A stretch of 64,000 nucleotides of DNA from Candidatus Micrarchaeota archaeon. Its GTDB lineage: Archaea > Micrarchaeota > Micrarchaeia > Anstonellales > Bilamarchaeaceae. The stretch is from positions 1 through 64,000 of the forward strand of contig JBBSVN010000002.1 in NCBI GenBank assembly GCA_038046765.1, given 5' to 3'. The notes beneath the pieces were generated by a model that was not told where the DNA came from, ran no database searches, and saw only the letters and a program-made list of their open reading frames with translations. Shown here in pieces: positions 8,178-17,582 of the stretch (the stretch's first letter is position 1; each line of letters opens with the position of its first letter). The translations under genes were made by a program, and so were the position numbers.

Positions 8178-9431
8178 TTATTCGAGTTCAGGATAAATCG
8201 GAAACCCTTTACAAAATTCTTCAATGTCTTTCTTTATCTTTTCTTTAACTGTGGCGTCTTTGTAATTCTTTAAAACAATATCCATAAACTTCGCAACTTC
8301 TTTCATTTCGCTTTCTTTCATCCCCCTAGTTGTTAAACTTGGAGTTCCTAGTCTAATTCCGCTCGTAATAAATGGCTTTTGTGTATCATAAGGAACGGTA
8401 TTTCGGTTAAGTATAATTCCTGCCTCTTCTAAGGCGATTTGCGCTTCTTTCCCGTTTATCCCTTTATTTCGTAAGTCAACTAAAATTAAGTGCGACTCTG
8501 TTCCGTTTGCAACTAGTTTATATCCTAAAGTTTGTAGTTCATCAGCTAGAGCTTTAGCATTTGAAACAATCTGTTTTGCATAAACTTTAAACTCCGCTTG
8601 CATTGCTTCGTGGAAACAAACTGCTTTTCCAGCAATCATATTCTCTATTGGTCCACCTTGCAGTCCTGGAAAAACTGCTTTGTCTATTTTTTCAGAATAT
8701 TCTTTTTTTGCCATTATCATTGCGCCTCGAGGTCCTCTAAGCGTTTTATGGGTTGTTGTTGTAATAACATCTGCAAAAGCAGCTGGTGAATTATAAACTC
8801 CCCCTGCAATTAATCCTGAAATGTGAGAAATATCTGTCATCAAAATTGCACCTGTCTTATCACAAATTTCCCTAAATCGTTTAAAATCGATTTCCATCGG
8901 GTAAGCGGTGTATCCAGCAATAATTAGTTTTGGTTTTTCTTCAATTGCTTTTTTTTCTATTGCATCATAATCGAGCATTTCTGTTTGTTTATCTACGGCG
9001 TAAGAAGCTACCTTATACCATTTACCTGAAAAGTTAACTGGTGATCCGTGTGTTAAATGCCCTCCTTGGGACAATTCTAAACCCATATATTTGTCTCCGA
9101 TTTCTAAAAATGCATAAAATGCGGCGATATTTGCGCTAGCTCCAGCGTGTGGTTGCACATTCGCGTGGTCTACTCCAAATAGTTTTTTTGCCCTTTCTAT
9201 TGCGAGTGTTTCTATTTGATCGACGTACTGGTTTCCAGCGTAATATCTTTTACCTGGATAACCTTCAGCATACTTATTTGTTAAAACACTTCCCATCGCC
9301 TGGATAACGGCTAAACTCGTGTAATTTTCGCTTGCAATAAGTCGCAGCGTCGATTTCTGGTAAGCTACCTCTTTTTTTAATAAATCATAAATAGCTTTAT
9401 CCGTGTGCATTAAGTTTTCTAGGTTAGACAT
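8178..9431 (-). CDS. glyA: Serine hydroxymethyltransferase
   Basis: LIASEN, NKYAEGYPGKRYY, GGHLTHG, TTTHKTLRGPRG (PLP lysine), FPGLQGGP. Confidence 0.97.
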   Translation of the reverse strand: MSNLENLMHTDKAIYDLLKKEVAYQKSTLRLIASENYTSLAVIQAMGSVLTNKYAEGYPGKRYYAGNQYVDQIETLAIERAKKLFGVDHANVQPHAGASANIAAFYAFLEIGDKYMGLELSQGGHLTHGSPVNFSGKWYKVASYAVDKQTEMLDYDAIEKKAIEEKPKLIIAGYTAYPMEIDFKRFREICDKTGAILMTDISHISGLIAGGVYNSPAAFADVITTTTHKTLRGPRGAMIMAKKEYSEKIDKAVFPGLQGGPIENMIAGKAVCFHEAMQAEFKVYAKQIVSNAKALADELQTLGYKLVANGTESHLILVDLRNKGINGKEAQIALEEAGIILNRNTVPYDTQKPFITSGIRLGTPSLTTRGMKESEMKEVAKFMDIVLKNYKDATVKEKIKKDIEEFCKGFPIYPELE

Positions 9432-9505
9432 GAAACTCGACCCCAAGTAATTAGTAAAACAGGTATCTCACTAAACTTTAATAATTGTTTTGATAATTGT
9501 ATAAT

Positions 9506-9540
9506 TAGCAATTAGCATTTAGCTAGTAGCAAGTAGCAAA
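9506..9540. repeat. Heptamer tandem array (TAGCNNN x5)
   Basis: TAGCAAT TAGCATT TAGCTAG TAGCAAG TAGCAAA. Confidence 0.85.
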
Positions 9541-9713
9541 ATTGATAATACGTTAACGGCTGAAGCGACCGTTAACTTTTACTAAGTGTCGCTTCCTACT
9601 GGTTTGTAATTAGAAGATCTAGTGAATTTCATTCACTATCTCTCCAAAAGCATCTAGCTTTTGTAGAGCCTCTTTTCTATAAGTAAGCTAGTTTGCAATC
9701 AGCTAATACTAGT

Positions 9714-9943
9714 GCCGAGATCGCATAACCCGGTAGTGCGCACAGAAAAAGTTTTGAGTCTCGAGTTTCGAGTTCTGCCTTTTTCGCACAAGCCTGGAAA
9801 AGTTTTCATTCCTGTAAAAATAGGAAATTGAAAACCCTAAACTGGTTAGCGTGTCCCTCGTGGATTGGGAGTTCAAAGAGCCCTTTTCGGGTTGCCTAAA
9901 AGGGCTTCACCCCAAAATGGCATTGAAAATCTCTCTCTCGGCG
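9714..9943 (+). tRNA. tRNA-Ser(GGA) with three introns (29/30: 9744-9791; 37/38: 9800-9847; 59/60: 9878-9929)
   Basis: Spliced: GCCGAGA TC GCATAACCCGGTAGTGC G CAC|GC CT GGA A|A GCGTG TCCCTCGTGGATT GGGAG TTCAAA|T CTCTC TCTCGGC G; BHB-like junctions. Confidence 0.9.
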
Positions 9944-10062
9944 ATCTTTTTTCTTTTCTTACTTAATTCATTTTTCTAGTTCTTTCAAATAAAATTCCCT
10001 TTATTATCTTTTGCGTCTATATTTATCATACTAAATTTTCTACTTAGAAAGAGGTAATACCT

Positions 10063-11508
10063 ATGCAAATCAAAAAACAGGAAAATTTCTCAGAATGGTA
10101 TAATTCAATAATAAAAGACGCAGAACTATGCGATTTACGTTATAATCTTAAGGGATTTGTCGTCTTTATGCCATGGTCGGTAATGACGATGAAAAAAATG
10201 TACAAGTTCTACGAAGCAGAACTAGAAAAAAACAGCCATGTTCCCGCATTATTTCCTGCATTAATTCCTGAATCTTATTTAAAGAGCGAAAGTAATCACG
10301 TTGCTGGTTTTGTTCCAGAAGTTATGTGGGTAACTGAAGCGGGAAGCGAAAAACTAACTGAAAAATATGCGATGCGTCCAACTAGTGAAACTGCGATGTA
10401 TCCAATGTATGCTTTGTGGATTAACGGAAAAAGTGATTTGCCACTAAAAATCTACCAAAGCTGCCAGGTCTGGAGACACGAGACAAAAGCTACTAAGCCA
10501 TTCATTCGTTCAAGAGAATTTCACTGGATAGAAGCGCACGATGTCTTTGCTACTTACGATGAAGCTTTAGCTCAAGTGCATCAGGATATGCAAATGGCAG
10601 AAAATATGATCCATAAAAAATATGGGATTCCATTTATTTTTTTTAGAAGGCCGCAATGGGATAAATTTGCTGGAGCTGTTGATACTTACGCAGCTGACAC
10701 ATTAATGCCCGATGGAAAAACATTGCAACTCCCATCTACTCATATGCTAGGTCAAAACTTTTCCAAAGCATTTAACATTAAGTTTACTGATGATGATGGA
10801 CAAAGTAAATATGCCTGGCAAACAACTTATGGTCCAGCTATTTCAAGAATTTATGCCGCACTAATCGCAACCCACGGTGATGATAAGGGATTAATTTTAC
10901 CATTCGATTTAGCGCCAACACAAATCGTAATCGTTCCTATATGGAAAGGAGAAAATAAAGAATTAGTTACTAAAGAATGCGAAAAGATACGATTCGAGCT
11001 AGCAGACAAATTTAGTGTTAAATTAGATTCTACCGACAATACACCTGGTTTTAAGTTTAATCACTGGGAAAGCAAAGGTGTTCCAATTCGGTTAGAATTA
11101 GGTGAGCGGGATATTAATGAAGGAGTTTGCATACTTGTTCGAAGGGATAACCGAGAAAAAACAAAGGTAAAATTTAGCGACTTAGAAAAAAAGATTATTG
11201 AAATTAGTGAAAAATTCGATTGCTCAATTAAAGAAAAGGCAGACTCATTTTTTGCAAATCTTCTATCAAGCGCAAAGGATATAAAAGAACTAAATAAAAT
11301 CCTAGAAGAAAAAGGCGGTTTCGTATGCGTCCCGTTTTGTACTGATCAAATGGAAGGAAAAGCATGCGCTGAAAAAGTAAAAGAACAAACGCATGGGAAC
11401 ATGCGCGGAAGTATGTTCGGCAATGAAGAAAAACCAAGCGCGAAAGAAATATGTATCGCTTGTGGAAAGAATGCGAATGTTTATCTTTATGTGGCTAGGC
11501 AATACTAG
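10063..11508 (+). CDS. proS: Proline--tRNA ligase (archaeal/eukaryotic type)
   Basis: RPTSET, RSREFHWIEAH, HMLGQNF, C-terminal zinc-like domain ending ARQY. Confidence 0.97.
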   Translation: MQIKKQENFSEWYNSIIKDAELCDLRYNLKGFVVFMPWSVMTMKKMYKFYEAELEKNSHVPALFPALIPESYLKSESNHVAGFVPEVMWVTEAGSEKLTEKYAMRPTSETAMYPMYALWINGKSDLPLKIYQSCQVWRHETKATKPFIRSREFHWIEAHDVFATYDEALAQVHQDMQMAENMIHKKYGIPFIFFRRPQWDKFAGAVDTYAADTLMPDGKTLQLPSTHMLGQNFSKAFNIKFTDDDGQSKYAWQTTYGPAISRIYAALIATHGDDKGLILPFDLAPTQIVIVPIWKGENKELVTKECEKIRFELADKFSVKLDSTDNTPGFKFNHWESKGVPIRLELGERDINEGVCILVRRDNREKTKVKFSDLEKKIIEISEKFDCSIKEKADSFFANLLSSAKDIKELNKILEEKGGFVCVPFCTDQMEGKACAEKVKEQTHGNMRGSMFGNEEKPSAKEICIACGKNANVYLYVARQY

Positions 11509-11523
11509 AAAAGGTTAAACAAC

Positions 11524-12399
11524 ATGGAGTTTAAGGTTTTGGATAAGAAGGTTGGGATAACCGAAAAGCATCTAATTTCATATTTATATTCTTGGTTTGT
11601 TCTAATTCTTTTTAGTTCTGTCTTATCCTACGTGTCCCTTTTTTATATTAATTCATATCAAATTACGGATTTTTCAGATCCATCTCCTTTCCTTATTTTA
11701 GTTTATTCTACAATAAAAAGTTTAATCTTTCTTATTCCGTTTATCCTGTTTTTTATATCTAAATATCTAAAATATGATTTTTCTAAAGATGACGCATTAC
11801 CCCTTGCATTTTTACATTTTTGCTATCCAATTATAATTTTTATTTTCTGGGTAATATTTACATTTTCTCTATACTATTCATCTAGCTTTCCTTCGATCTC
11901 AGCATTATTTGTGGGGATTTTTGTTTTTCTTAGCTATCTGTTAGATTCTCTAGTCCCAAGTGCAATTTTTTATATTATTTTATATATCATCTACAATCAA
12001 AAAATTTTACTAGAAAAACAAATCGTATTCGCTGCACTTGCAATTACAATTATAAGAGAAATTTTTTCTAACTTTACTATTTACGTTGATTATGGTAAAT
12101 CTCTCTCAAATCCTTTTAGTTATCTAACTTATTACTTTAGTCCTTGGGCGCTTATCGCTCTGTTGCACATTCTAATTAATACCTTTTTTATCATTAATTA
12201 TTTTATCCTTTATAAAGGTAAGATTTCAAAATATTTTTATTATATCTTTCTAATGATTCTGGGTTTAAAATTTATTTTTATTTTAGGAGTTCTGAATTCT
12301 AAGTTTTCTTCTATTCTTCTTGCGGATTCACTGACTTTGATCTTGTATTATAGTACCTTATACTTAGTCGCAAAGCATCTATCCACAAAATCTAGTTGA
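11524..12399 (+). CDS. Polytopic membrane protein of unknown function
   Basis: About 8 hydrophobic segments. Confidence 0.7.
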   Translation: MEFKVLDKKVGITEKHLISYLYSWFVLILFSSVLSYVSLFYINSYQITDFSDPSPFLILVYSTIKSLIFLIPFILFFISKYLKYDFSKDDALPLAFLHFCYPIIIFIFWVIFTFSLYYSSSFPSISALFVGIFVFLSYLLDSLVPSAIFYIILYIIYNQKILLEKQIVFAALAITIIREIFSNFTIYVDYGKSLSNPFSYLTYYFSPWALIALLHILINTFFIINYFILYKGKISKYFYYIFLMILGLKFIFILGVLNSKFSSILLADSLTLILYYSTLYLVAKHLSTKSS

Positions 12400-13250
12400 T
12401 TTTTATGCTCGGCTTTCTTGCAATATTAATTAGTTCTGCACTAGGCGGTTTTGGAGAAGTTATTATCAAGAAAACAGTTGGCAAGAACGGTGTATATCGT
12501 GCAATTGCATATAATTATGTTGGTCTTTTATTTCTCCTAATTGTTGGTGCATTAATTTCAAAGCAAAGTTTTTCATTTCCTATTGCGCTTATTATTCCTT
12601 ATCTTATTCAGGTCCTAATCGGTGCGATTGCGATTCTCGCTCTCTTTAAGGCTTTTGAAAAAGGAAAACCAAGCATTCTTGTCTCATTTACTAATCTTTA
12701 TGTCCTAGTCGTGCTATTTATCTCAATATTTATCCTTGGTGAATCATTATCGATACTTCAGATTGTAGGTTCAATTGTTCTGATTATATCTGCTATAATC
12801 CTAATATTCGAAGATCTAAAAAGTTTCAAGCTCGAATCGGGAATTCTATTTGCAATAATCACTATTTTTGGTTGGGGCTATTATTATAGTTTCATCAAAG
12901 TTTTTGTTCCAGTCTTTGGTACGTATATGACAACTTTTTTCCTTGAAATGGGAGACGGGGTTTTAGTAATCCTATATGTATTAATCTTTAAAAGAGAAGA
13001 AATTTCACCACCTAGTAGAGAAGATGCAAAACTCATATATTTTAGGTCATCTATGGTTTTCTTCGCTTCTTTGCTATTTACCTATTCAGTTGGTTCAATC
13101 GGTTCAGCTCTTACTTCTGCAATAAATTCATCAAGCTCTATTTTTACTGCTATATCCTCTTATTTTCTGCTAAAAGAAAAACTGGATTTTATAAAATACG
13201 TTTCAATTGCGTTGATGGTTATTGGACTTATTTTAGTTTTTCTTGGATAA
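12396..13250 (+). CDS. EamA/DMT family transporter
   Basis: Two 5-TM halves with ILGESLS and LLKEKL motifs. Confidence 0.88.
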   Translation: MIFMLGFLAILISSALGGFGEVIIKKTVGKNGVYRAIAYNYVGLLFLLIVGALISKQSFSFPIALIIPYLIQVLIGAIAILALFKAFEKGKPSILVSFTNLYVLVVLFISIFILGESLSILQIVGSIVLIISAIILIFEDLKSFKLESGILFAIITIFGWGYYYSFIKVFVPVFGTYMTTFFLEMGDGVLVILYVLIFKREEISPPSREDAKLIYFRSSMVFFASLLFTYSVGSIGSALTSAINSSSSIFTAISSYFLLKEKLDFIKYVSIALMVIGLILVFLG

Positions 13251-13308
13251 AAAGAAAAATAATAGAAACCTTCTAAGCATTAAAACTTATCTTGCCATAT
13301 ATTATTAC

Positions 13309-14331
13309 ATGAAAATGCTTCATAATCGTCCTAATCCTGCTCATAAGGTTGCGCGAAGGGTTACACATCCTCCTTTATTCGAATCCTTTGCAAAACATAA
13401 TTCTAAGCGTCAGTTAACAACTGAAAGATTTTTTAGAATCGAAAACTTAGTCCAAGTAGAACTCACATATGGAAAAAATCTAGACCAAATAAAATTAGAT
13501 CATAAACTAAGTCAAACCGAACAAAAAATTGTTGATGCACTACTATCTGGTGCGAAAATATTTACCTTAGATCAGCTTGCGAGTGTAGCTAATATCAATG
13601 TCTTTACAGTAAGAGTAGCAATACTAACTCTTGAGAATAAACTTCATGATTTACCTAGAATGTATCATCTTCAGCTTCCTTATATTGGGTTGTCTAGTTC
13701 CCAGCTAATTCGTGCAATTAAAGAATCAAAAGCTAAATCTGTGCAAGACTTGAAATCAAAAAATTATGGTCTATACAGCGTAGCCGCAGACCTAAAGGTG
13801 CTTGACCATATTTATAAAAGAAAATCAAGAATTTCAAAGACACTTAAAAATCTAAGAAAAACTCTTAAAAAGAAATTAAAAGAAAAGTCACTTCGTTCTT
13901 TATGCAAGGATTTGTCTGATTTTGAAAAGGCAATTATAAAAAGAGTCGTGCTACTTAAAAATCCAGAGACTCCCTCTATCTTAGCCAAGGAGTTTAATGT
14001 GAAAGTGCATCAAGTAAAAGCCTGTGAAGAAAGATTATCTAGGAAATTTAGTGGAAAGCAAAAAGTCGGGGTAGAATCAGATAAGTTAAGACTATTTGTA
14101 TTTCTCTTATCAAATGATGACTTAACAATTATCTTTGCATTAGCTAACGAACGAGAACGTGCAATTTTGGAAGAGTGCGCGATGTCAGAAAAAGCCGCAG
14201 ATATGCAGTCTTTAGCTAAGAAATTTAATCAATCTAGAGAAAGATTAAGGCAAATACAAAAAGACTTGGTGCCAAAAATCAAATACTGGAAGCGAACTGG
14301 ATTCTGGCAGGAAACAAAGGAAAGAATATAA
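13309..14331 (+). CDS. Basic protein with repeated sigma70 region-4-like HTH domains
   Basis: C-terminal ERERAILE..MQSLAKKFNQSRERLRQIQ plus two earlier LS.xE..I..L-type HTH units. Confidence 0.7.
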   Translation: MKMLHNRPNPAHKVARRVTHPPLFESFAKHNSKRQLTTERFFRIENLVQVELTYGKNLDQIKLDHKLSQTEQKIVDALLSGAKIFTLDQLASVANINVFTVRVAILTLENKLHDLPRMYHLQLPYIGLSSSQLIRAIKESKAKSVQDLKSKNYGLYSVAADLKVLDHIYKRKSRISKTLKNLRKTLKKKLKEKSLRSLCKDLSDFEKAIIKRVVLLKNPETPSILAKEFNVKVHQVKACEERLSRKFSGKQKVGVESDKLRLFVFLLSNDDLTIIFALANERERAILEECAMSEKAADMQSLAKKFNQSRERLRQIQKDLVPKIKYWKRTGFWQETKERI

Positions 14332-14339
14332 ATAGAAAA

Positions 14340-14441
14340 TAGCCCCAACCGGATTCGAACCAGTGTAATCAGGTCCAAAGCCTGATATCCTTGACCGTTG
14401 TCCACAAACTTATTTCTAAGATTGCGCTAGACGATGGGGCT
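14340..14441 (-). tRNA. tRNA-Gln(TTG) with a D-loop intron at 15/16 (14398-14426)
   Basis: Spliced: AGCCCCA TC GTCT AG|CGGTCAA GGAT A TCAGG CT TTG GA CCTGA TTAC ACTGG TTCGAAT CCGGT TGGGGCT A. Confidence 0.93.
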
Positions 14442-14511
14442 ATAAATAGGTCACTTTAACTTACTATTTAATTAAATATATCTGGTAAAACATTTTATAT
14501 ATTCATATCTT

Positions 14512-14622
14512 GAGCACGTAGTCGAATTTTTTATGGAGATATAACTTTTTCATAAATGCGATACTGGTTAAGACGCCACTCTCACACAGTGGAGATTCGC
14601 GGTTCGATCCCGCGCGTGCTCA
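14512..14622 (+). tRNA. tRNA-Val(CAC) with a D-loop intron at 16/17 (14528-14563)
   Basis: Spliced: GAGCACG TA GTCG AAT|CTGGTTA AGAC G CCACT CT CAC AC AGTGG AGATT CGCGG TTCGATC CCGCG CGTGCTC A. Confidence 0.93.
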
Positions 14623-14674
14623 TTGTCCTTTATTCTTAAAATGTTTTATAAATTGTTTTATCTAGTTATTAATT

Positions 14675-15028
14675 ATGGCAAATAAACAAATTAATAATCG
14701 CGTGTCGAAAATAATTATTGGCATTTCTATTCTTACAATAATTGGATCTTTAGGTTCCATGTTAAGAACTCCAAAATCAAGACAGACCCCTAATTCACAA
14801 TATTCAGAAAATTTAGTAGTTCAAGAACCCGAACCTCCTGCTTCTAAATTGGTGTTTTCTAAAAAATTACCTTTAGTTGGTTACTCTGAAGTTAAAAAAA
14901 CTTTAAATAAAACGCTTGAACTAAACGCTAAAATATTTGAAGCAGAAACTCCCTATGTTCCAGATCAAGAAGGTGGTTCGTCTAATCTTAATTTATTAAC
15001 TCGACCGTCATCTGATCGTGGCGAATAA
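14675..15028 (+). CDS. Hypothetical single-TM protein
   Basis: N-terminal TM; TTTATAAA box about 25 nt upstream. Confidence 0.65.
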   Translation: MANKQINNRVSKIIIGISILTIIGSLGSMLRTPKSRQTPNSQYSENLVVQEPEPPASKLVFSKKLPLVGYSEVKKTLNKTLELNAKIFEAETPYVPDQEGGSSNLNLLTRPSSDRGE

Positions 15029-15030
15029 CT

Positions 15031-15981
15031 CTATTCATAAATTTTTATTCCAAGTTTATTTGATGCAATTGCAAAAAATAATTGAGGAGGAATAATTCCA
15101 GATTCGGTAATATATGCTCTAATATATTCATTAGCAGTTACTTCAAAAGCAGGATTTCTGATTATTAAATATTTACTTTTTGGTGCTTTATCCCAAACTT
15201 CTTTTGTATCTCTTTCTTCAACTTCTTCTCTTTGGCCAAAAAATGTTTTTGGCGAATACTTATACGTTTCAGCAGCACTGTAAAATGATATATCATGCAT
15301 TTTTGCTAAGTGGGCAATCATCGATGTTCCAATTTTATTAATTAAATCCCCTCTAGATGTAATTGCATCTGCTCCGACAATTACCATATCTGCTTTTTTC
15401 ATAAATAAATTTGCAGCGCCATCGACAATTTGTGTTGTTTTTATTCCATAATCTGACAATTCCTTAGCAGTAATCCTTCCTTGAAACCTTGGTCTTGTTT
15501 CGCAGGAAATCACATTAAACTCTTTTTTCAAGTCTTTCGCGTGTTTGAATATTTTTGTAGTTGTTGAGCTATGGCAATGAGTCATTACTGTTGCTCCATC
15601 TGGAATAAGTTTTGCACCGTATTCTACTAGTTTTCTTATGTCTATTTCGAAGCGGTCAAGTATTTCTTGTCCCTTCTTAGTAACTAGTTTTTTAGCATCA
15701 TCTACCTTTTTTATGCCTTTACTATTTACTTGCGTTTGAAGGTCGTTCAAAATCATTTCTATTGAGTTTCGCATCATTGGTTCAGTAGGTCTGGAAGAAG
15801 AAATGTTTTCTGCAGCAAAAGTTAAGTGTTTCTCAAATTCAGAAATTGTCTTTGCTTTGCTTGATTTAGCTTCAATAACTAGTGCCTTTATTGCTTCTTT
15901 TGCAATGTTTCTAGCTCCTTGTATCCTTAATGATTTAATGTCTGCGATTGTTTTTTTAACAGAAGGTTGTAAATTTGCCAT
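15031..15981 (-). CDS. Ribose-1,5-bisphosphate isomerase (eIF2B-related; AMP salvage)
   Basis: IQGARNIA, SRPTEP, THCHSS, ETRPRFQG, GADAI, NKIGT, RNPAFE. Confidence 0.88.
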   Translation of the reverse strand: MANLQPSVKKTIADIKSLRIQGARNIAKEAIKALVIEAKSSKAKTISEFEKHLTFAAENISSSRPTEPMMRNSIEMILNDLQTQVNSKGIKKVDDAKKLVTKKGQEILDRFEIDIRKLVEYGAKLIPDGATVMTHCHSSTTTKIFKHAKDLKKEFNVISCETRPRFQGRITAKELSDYGIKTTQIVDGAANLFMKKADMVIVGADAITSRGDLINKIGTSMIAHLAKMHDISFYSAAETYKYSPKTFFGQREEVEERDTKEVWDKAPKSKYLIIRNPAFEVTANEYIRAYITESGIIPPQLFFAIASNKLGIKIYE

Positions 15982-16050
15982 ATTCTTGAATGATAAGACT
16001 AGGTATAAATAAGTTTCTTCTTAGTTGGGGCGTGAAGTACGATCAACTAG

Positions 16051-16070
16051 TTATATCAAATTTGATATAA
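16051..16070. promoter_or_regulatory. Perfect 20-bp palindrome, putative operator
   Basis: TTATATCAAATTTGATATAA between divergent genes. Confidence 0.5.
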
Positions 16071-16156
16071 ATCGTAAATCAGGTATATTTTAAATTTCTT
16101 GTACATAAACTAACATAACTACTAATTGTTAAAGATCGCGTCAAGGTGTTCTGTTT

Positions 16157-17032
16157 ATGCAAAAAATTGTTTACGAAAGAAGAAATCCTAAAATTGTTCC
16201 GATTAAAGATAAACACGGAAAGGTAATAAAAGCAGATTATCTAACATCACATCATCTTACCGAGCCTTTTGGTGGACCACCATCTCACGTTTTATTGGAT
16301 GACGCGGTTTCAGATTCAATTACGTGTAAAAGATTGCGTGAAGAAGGTTATTTTTATGGCCGATCCAGAGAACTTCTTGTTTATCCTGACCTTATTGGGG
16401 GATTTAGGGAAGGAGCAGACATATCAGACCATAGTTCTGGATTAATTTTACCTTGGAGCGAAGTTCTCATACAAGTCCCACGAAGTGAACTTCGAGGCGG
16501 TAATAAAGTTTTGTTTGTTGATCCGTTTCAGATTGAAAATGGGTTTGTTCAAGTTGCTAGTCTTATTCTAATTAATCAATTCGCAAGAGATATCCATGGA
16601 TTAAAAGCGATAGGAAAAGTACATCCGCAAACAAGAGTTGCAATTGAAGCTTCAGAAGAAACACTTGCAGAACTTAGTTCGAACCAGATTAGATTTAATT
16701 TGACCGTTGATCATTCTGCATTAAGACCTGTGGTTCGTCGTATCGCAGAAGGAGACCAGAAAGTCGATGCGGAATATAAAATAACATTAGATTATGGAGT
16801 AGCATACGTCCAAGAAGAATTAGTACTTTATAACATTCCAACTGTTAGTCCCGTACAAGACTTAATTCTAAGACATATTAGTTTCTTTCGTTCAGGTGTG
16901 GGTGCGGGGGTTACTATTTTTCCAGCAAATTCCAGCAACGATCTAGTAATTCAGTCTGACCAGCTCAAAATAGATTCGATTGTTAAGTTTTTAGAATCAT
17001 TAAACGCATCGCAAGATACGTTTATTCAATAG
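16157..17032 (+). CDS. Hypothetical protein
   Basis: 291-aa ORF with AGGTG SD; no recognised motif. Confidence 0.7.
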   Translation: MQKIVYERRNPKIVPIKDKHGKVIKADYLTSHHLTEPFGGPPSHVLLDDAVSDSITCKRLREEGYFYGRSRELLVYPDLIGGFREGADISDHSSGLILPWSEVLIQVPRSELRGGNKVLFVDPFQIENGFVQVASLILINQFARDIHGLKAIGKVHPQTRVAIEASEETLAELSSNQIRFNLTVDHSALRPVVRRIAEGDQKVDAEYKITLDYGVAYVQEELVLYNIPTVSPVQDLILRHISFFRSGVGAGVTIFPANSSNDLVIQSDQLKIDSIVKFLESLNASQDTFIQ

Positions 17033-17064
17033 CAGTTATTAATTTTTTCTTCTTATTTTATTTT

Positions 17065-17451
17065 ATGCAATCAATTCCACAAATCTTAAAATCAGCAAAA
17101 GTTATTGCAGTAGTTGGTCTATCAGATAAACCAGATCGCCCAAGTTATGGTGTTGCATCTTATCTTCTAAATCATGGGTACAGAATAATTCCCGTAAATC
17201 CGAACATAAGTGAGTGGAAAGGAATACTTGCGAAAGCATCTCTACTTGAAATAACTGAACCAGTTGACATCGTAGATATCTTTAGAAAAAGCGAAGATGT
17301 CCTACCAATCGTCGAACAAGCAATAAAAATTAAACCTAAACTAATCTGGATGCAATTAGGTGTGATAAATGAAGAAGCTGCAAAATTGGCAGAAGCTAAT
17401 CGAATACTTGTTATTATGGATAAATGCATAAAAATTGTGCTAGAAAGTTAA
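17065..17451 (+). CDS. CoA-binding protein (YccU-like)
   Basis: IAVVGLSDKPDRPSY, IPVNP, VDIFR, WMQLG, VIMDKC. Confidence 0.92.
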   Translation: MQSIPQILKSAKVIAVVGLSDKPDRPSYGVASYLLNHGYRIIPVNPNISEWKGILAKASLLEITEPVDIVDIFRKSEDVLPIVEQAIKIKPKLIWMQLGVINEEAAKLAEANRILVIMDKCIKIVLES

Positions 17452-17582
17452 AAAGTAAGATAAAGTTTTACGTATGCTAATTACAAAGAAAGCTTTTACG
17501 AAACTTTTGATTTAAAAGGAGCCTTCGCAAACGTATTGTTCATCAAGTTTGATGGACAAAAAATAAACAGAAGGTGAGTCGT

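Noticed and set aside
9552..9706. ZTP (pfl), THF or glycine riboswitch upstream of glyA
   Set aside because: I could not find the consensus nucleotides of these classes on the minus strand
15031..15981. Annotation as eIF2B subunit or methylthioribose-1-phosphate isomerase
   Set aside because: The THCHS and ETRPRFQG motifs fit ribose-1,5-bisphosphate isomerase better; MtnA typically has THCN.G
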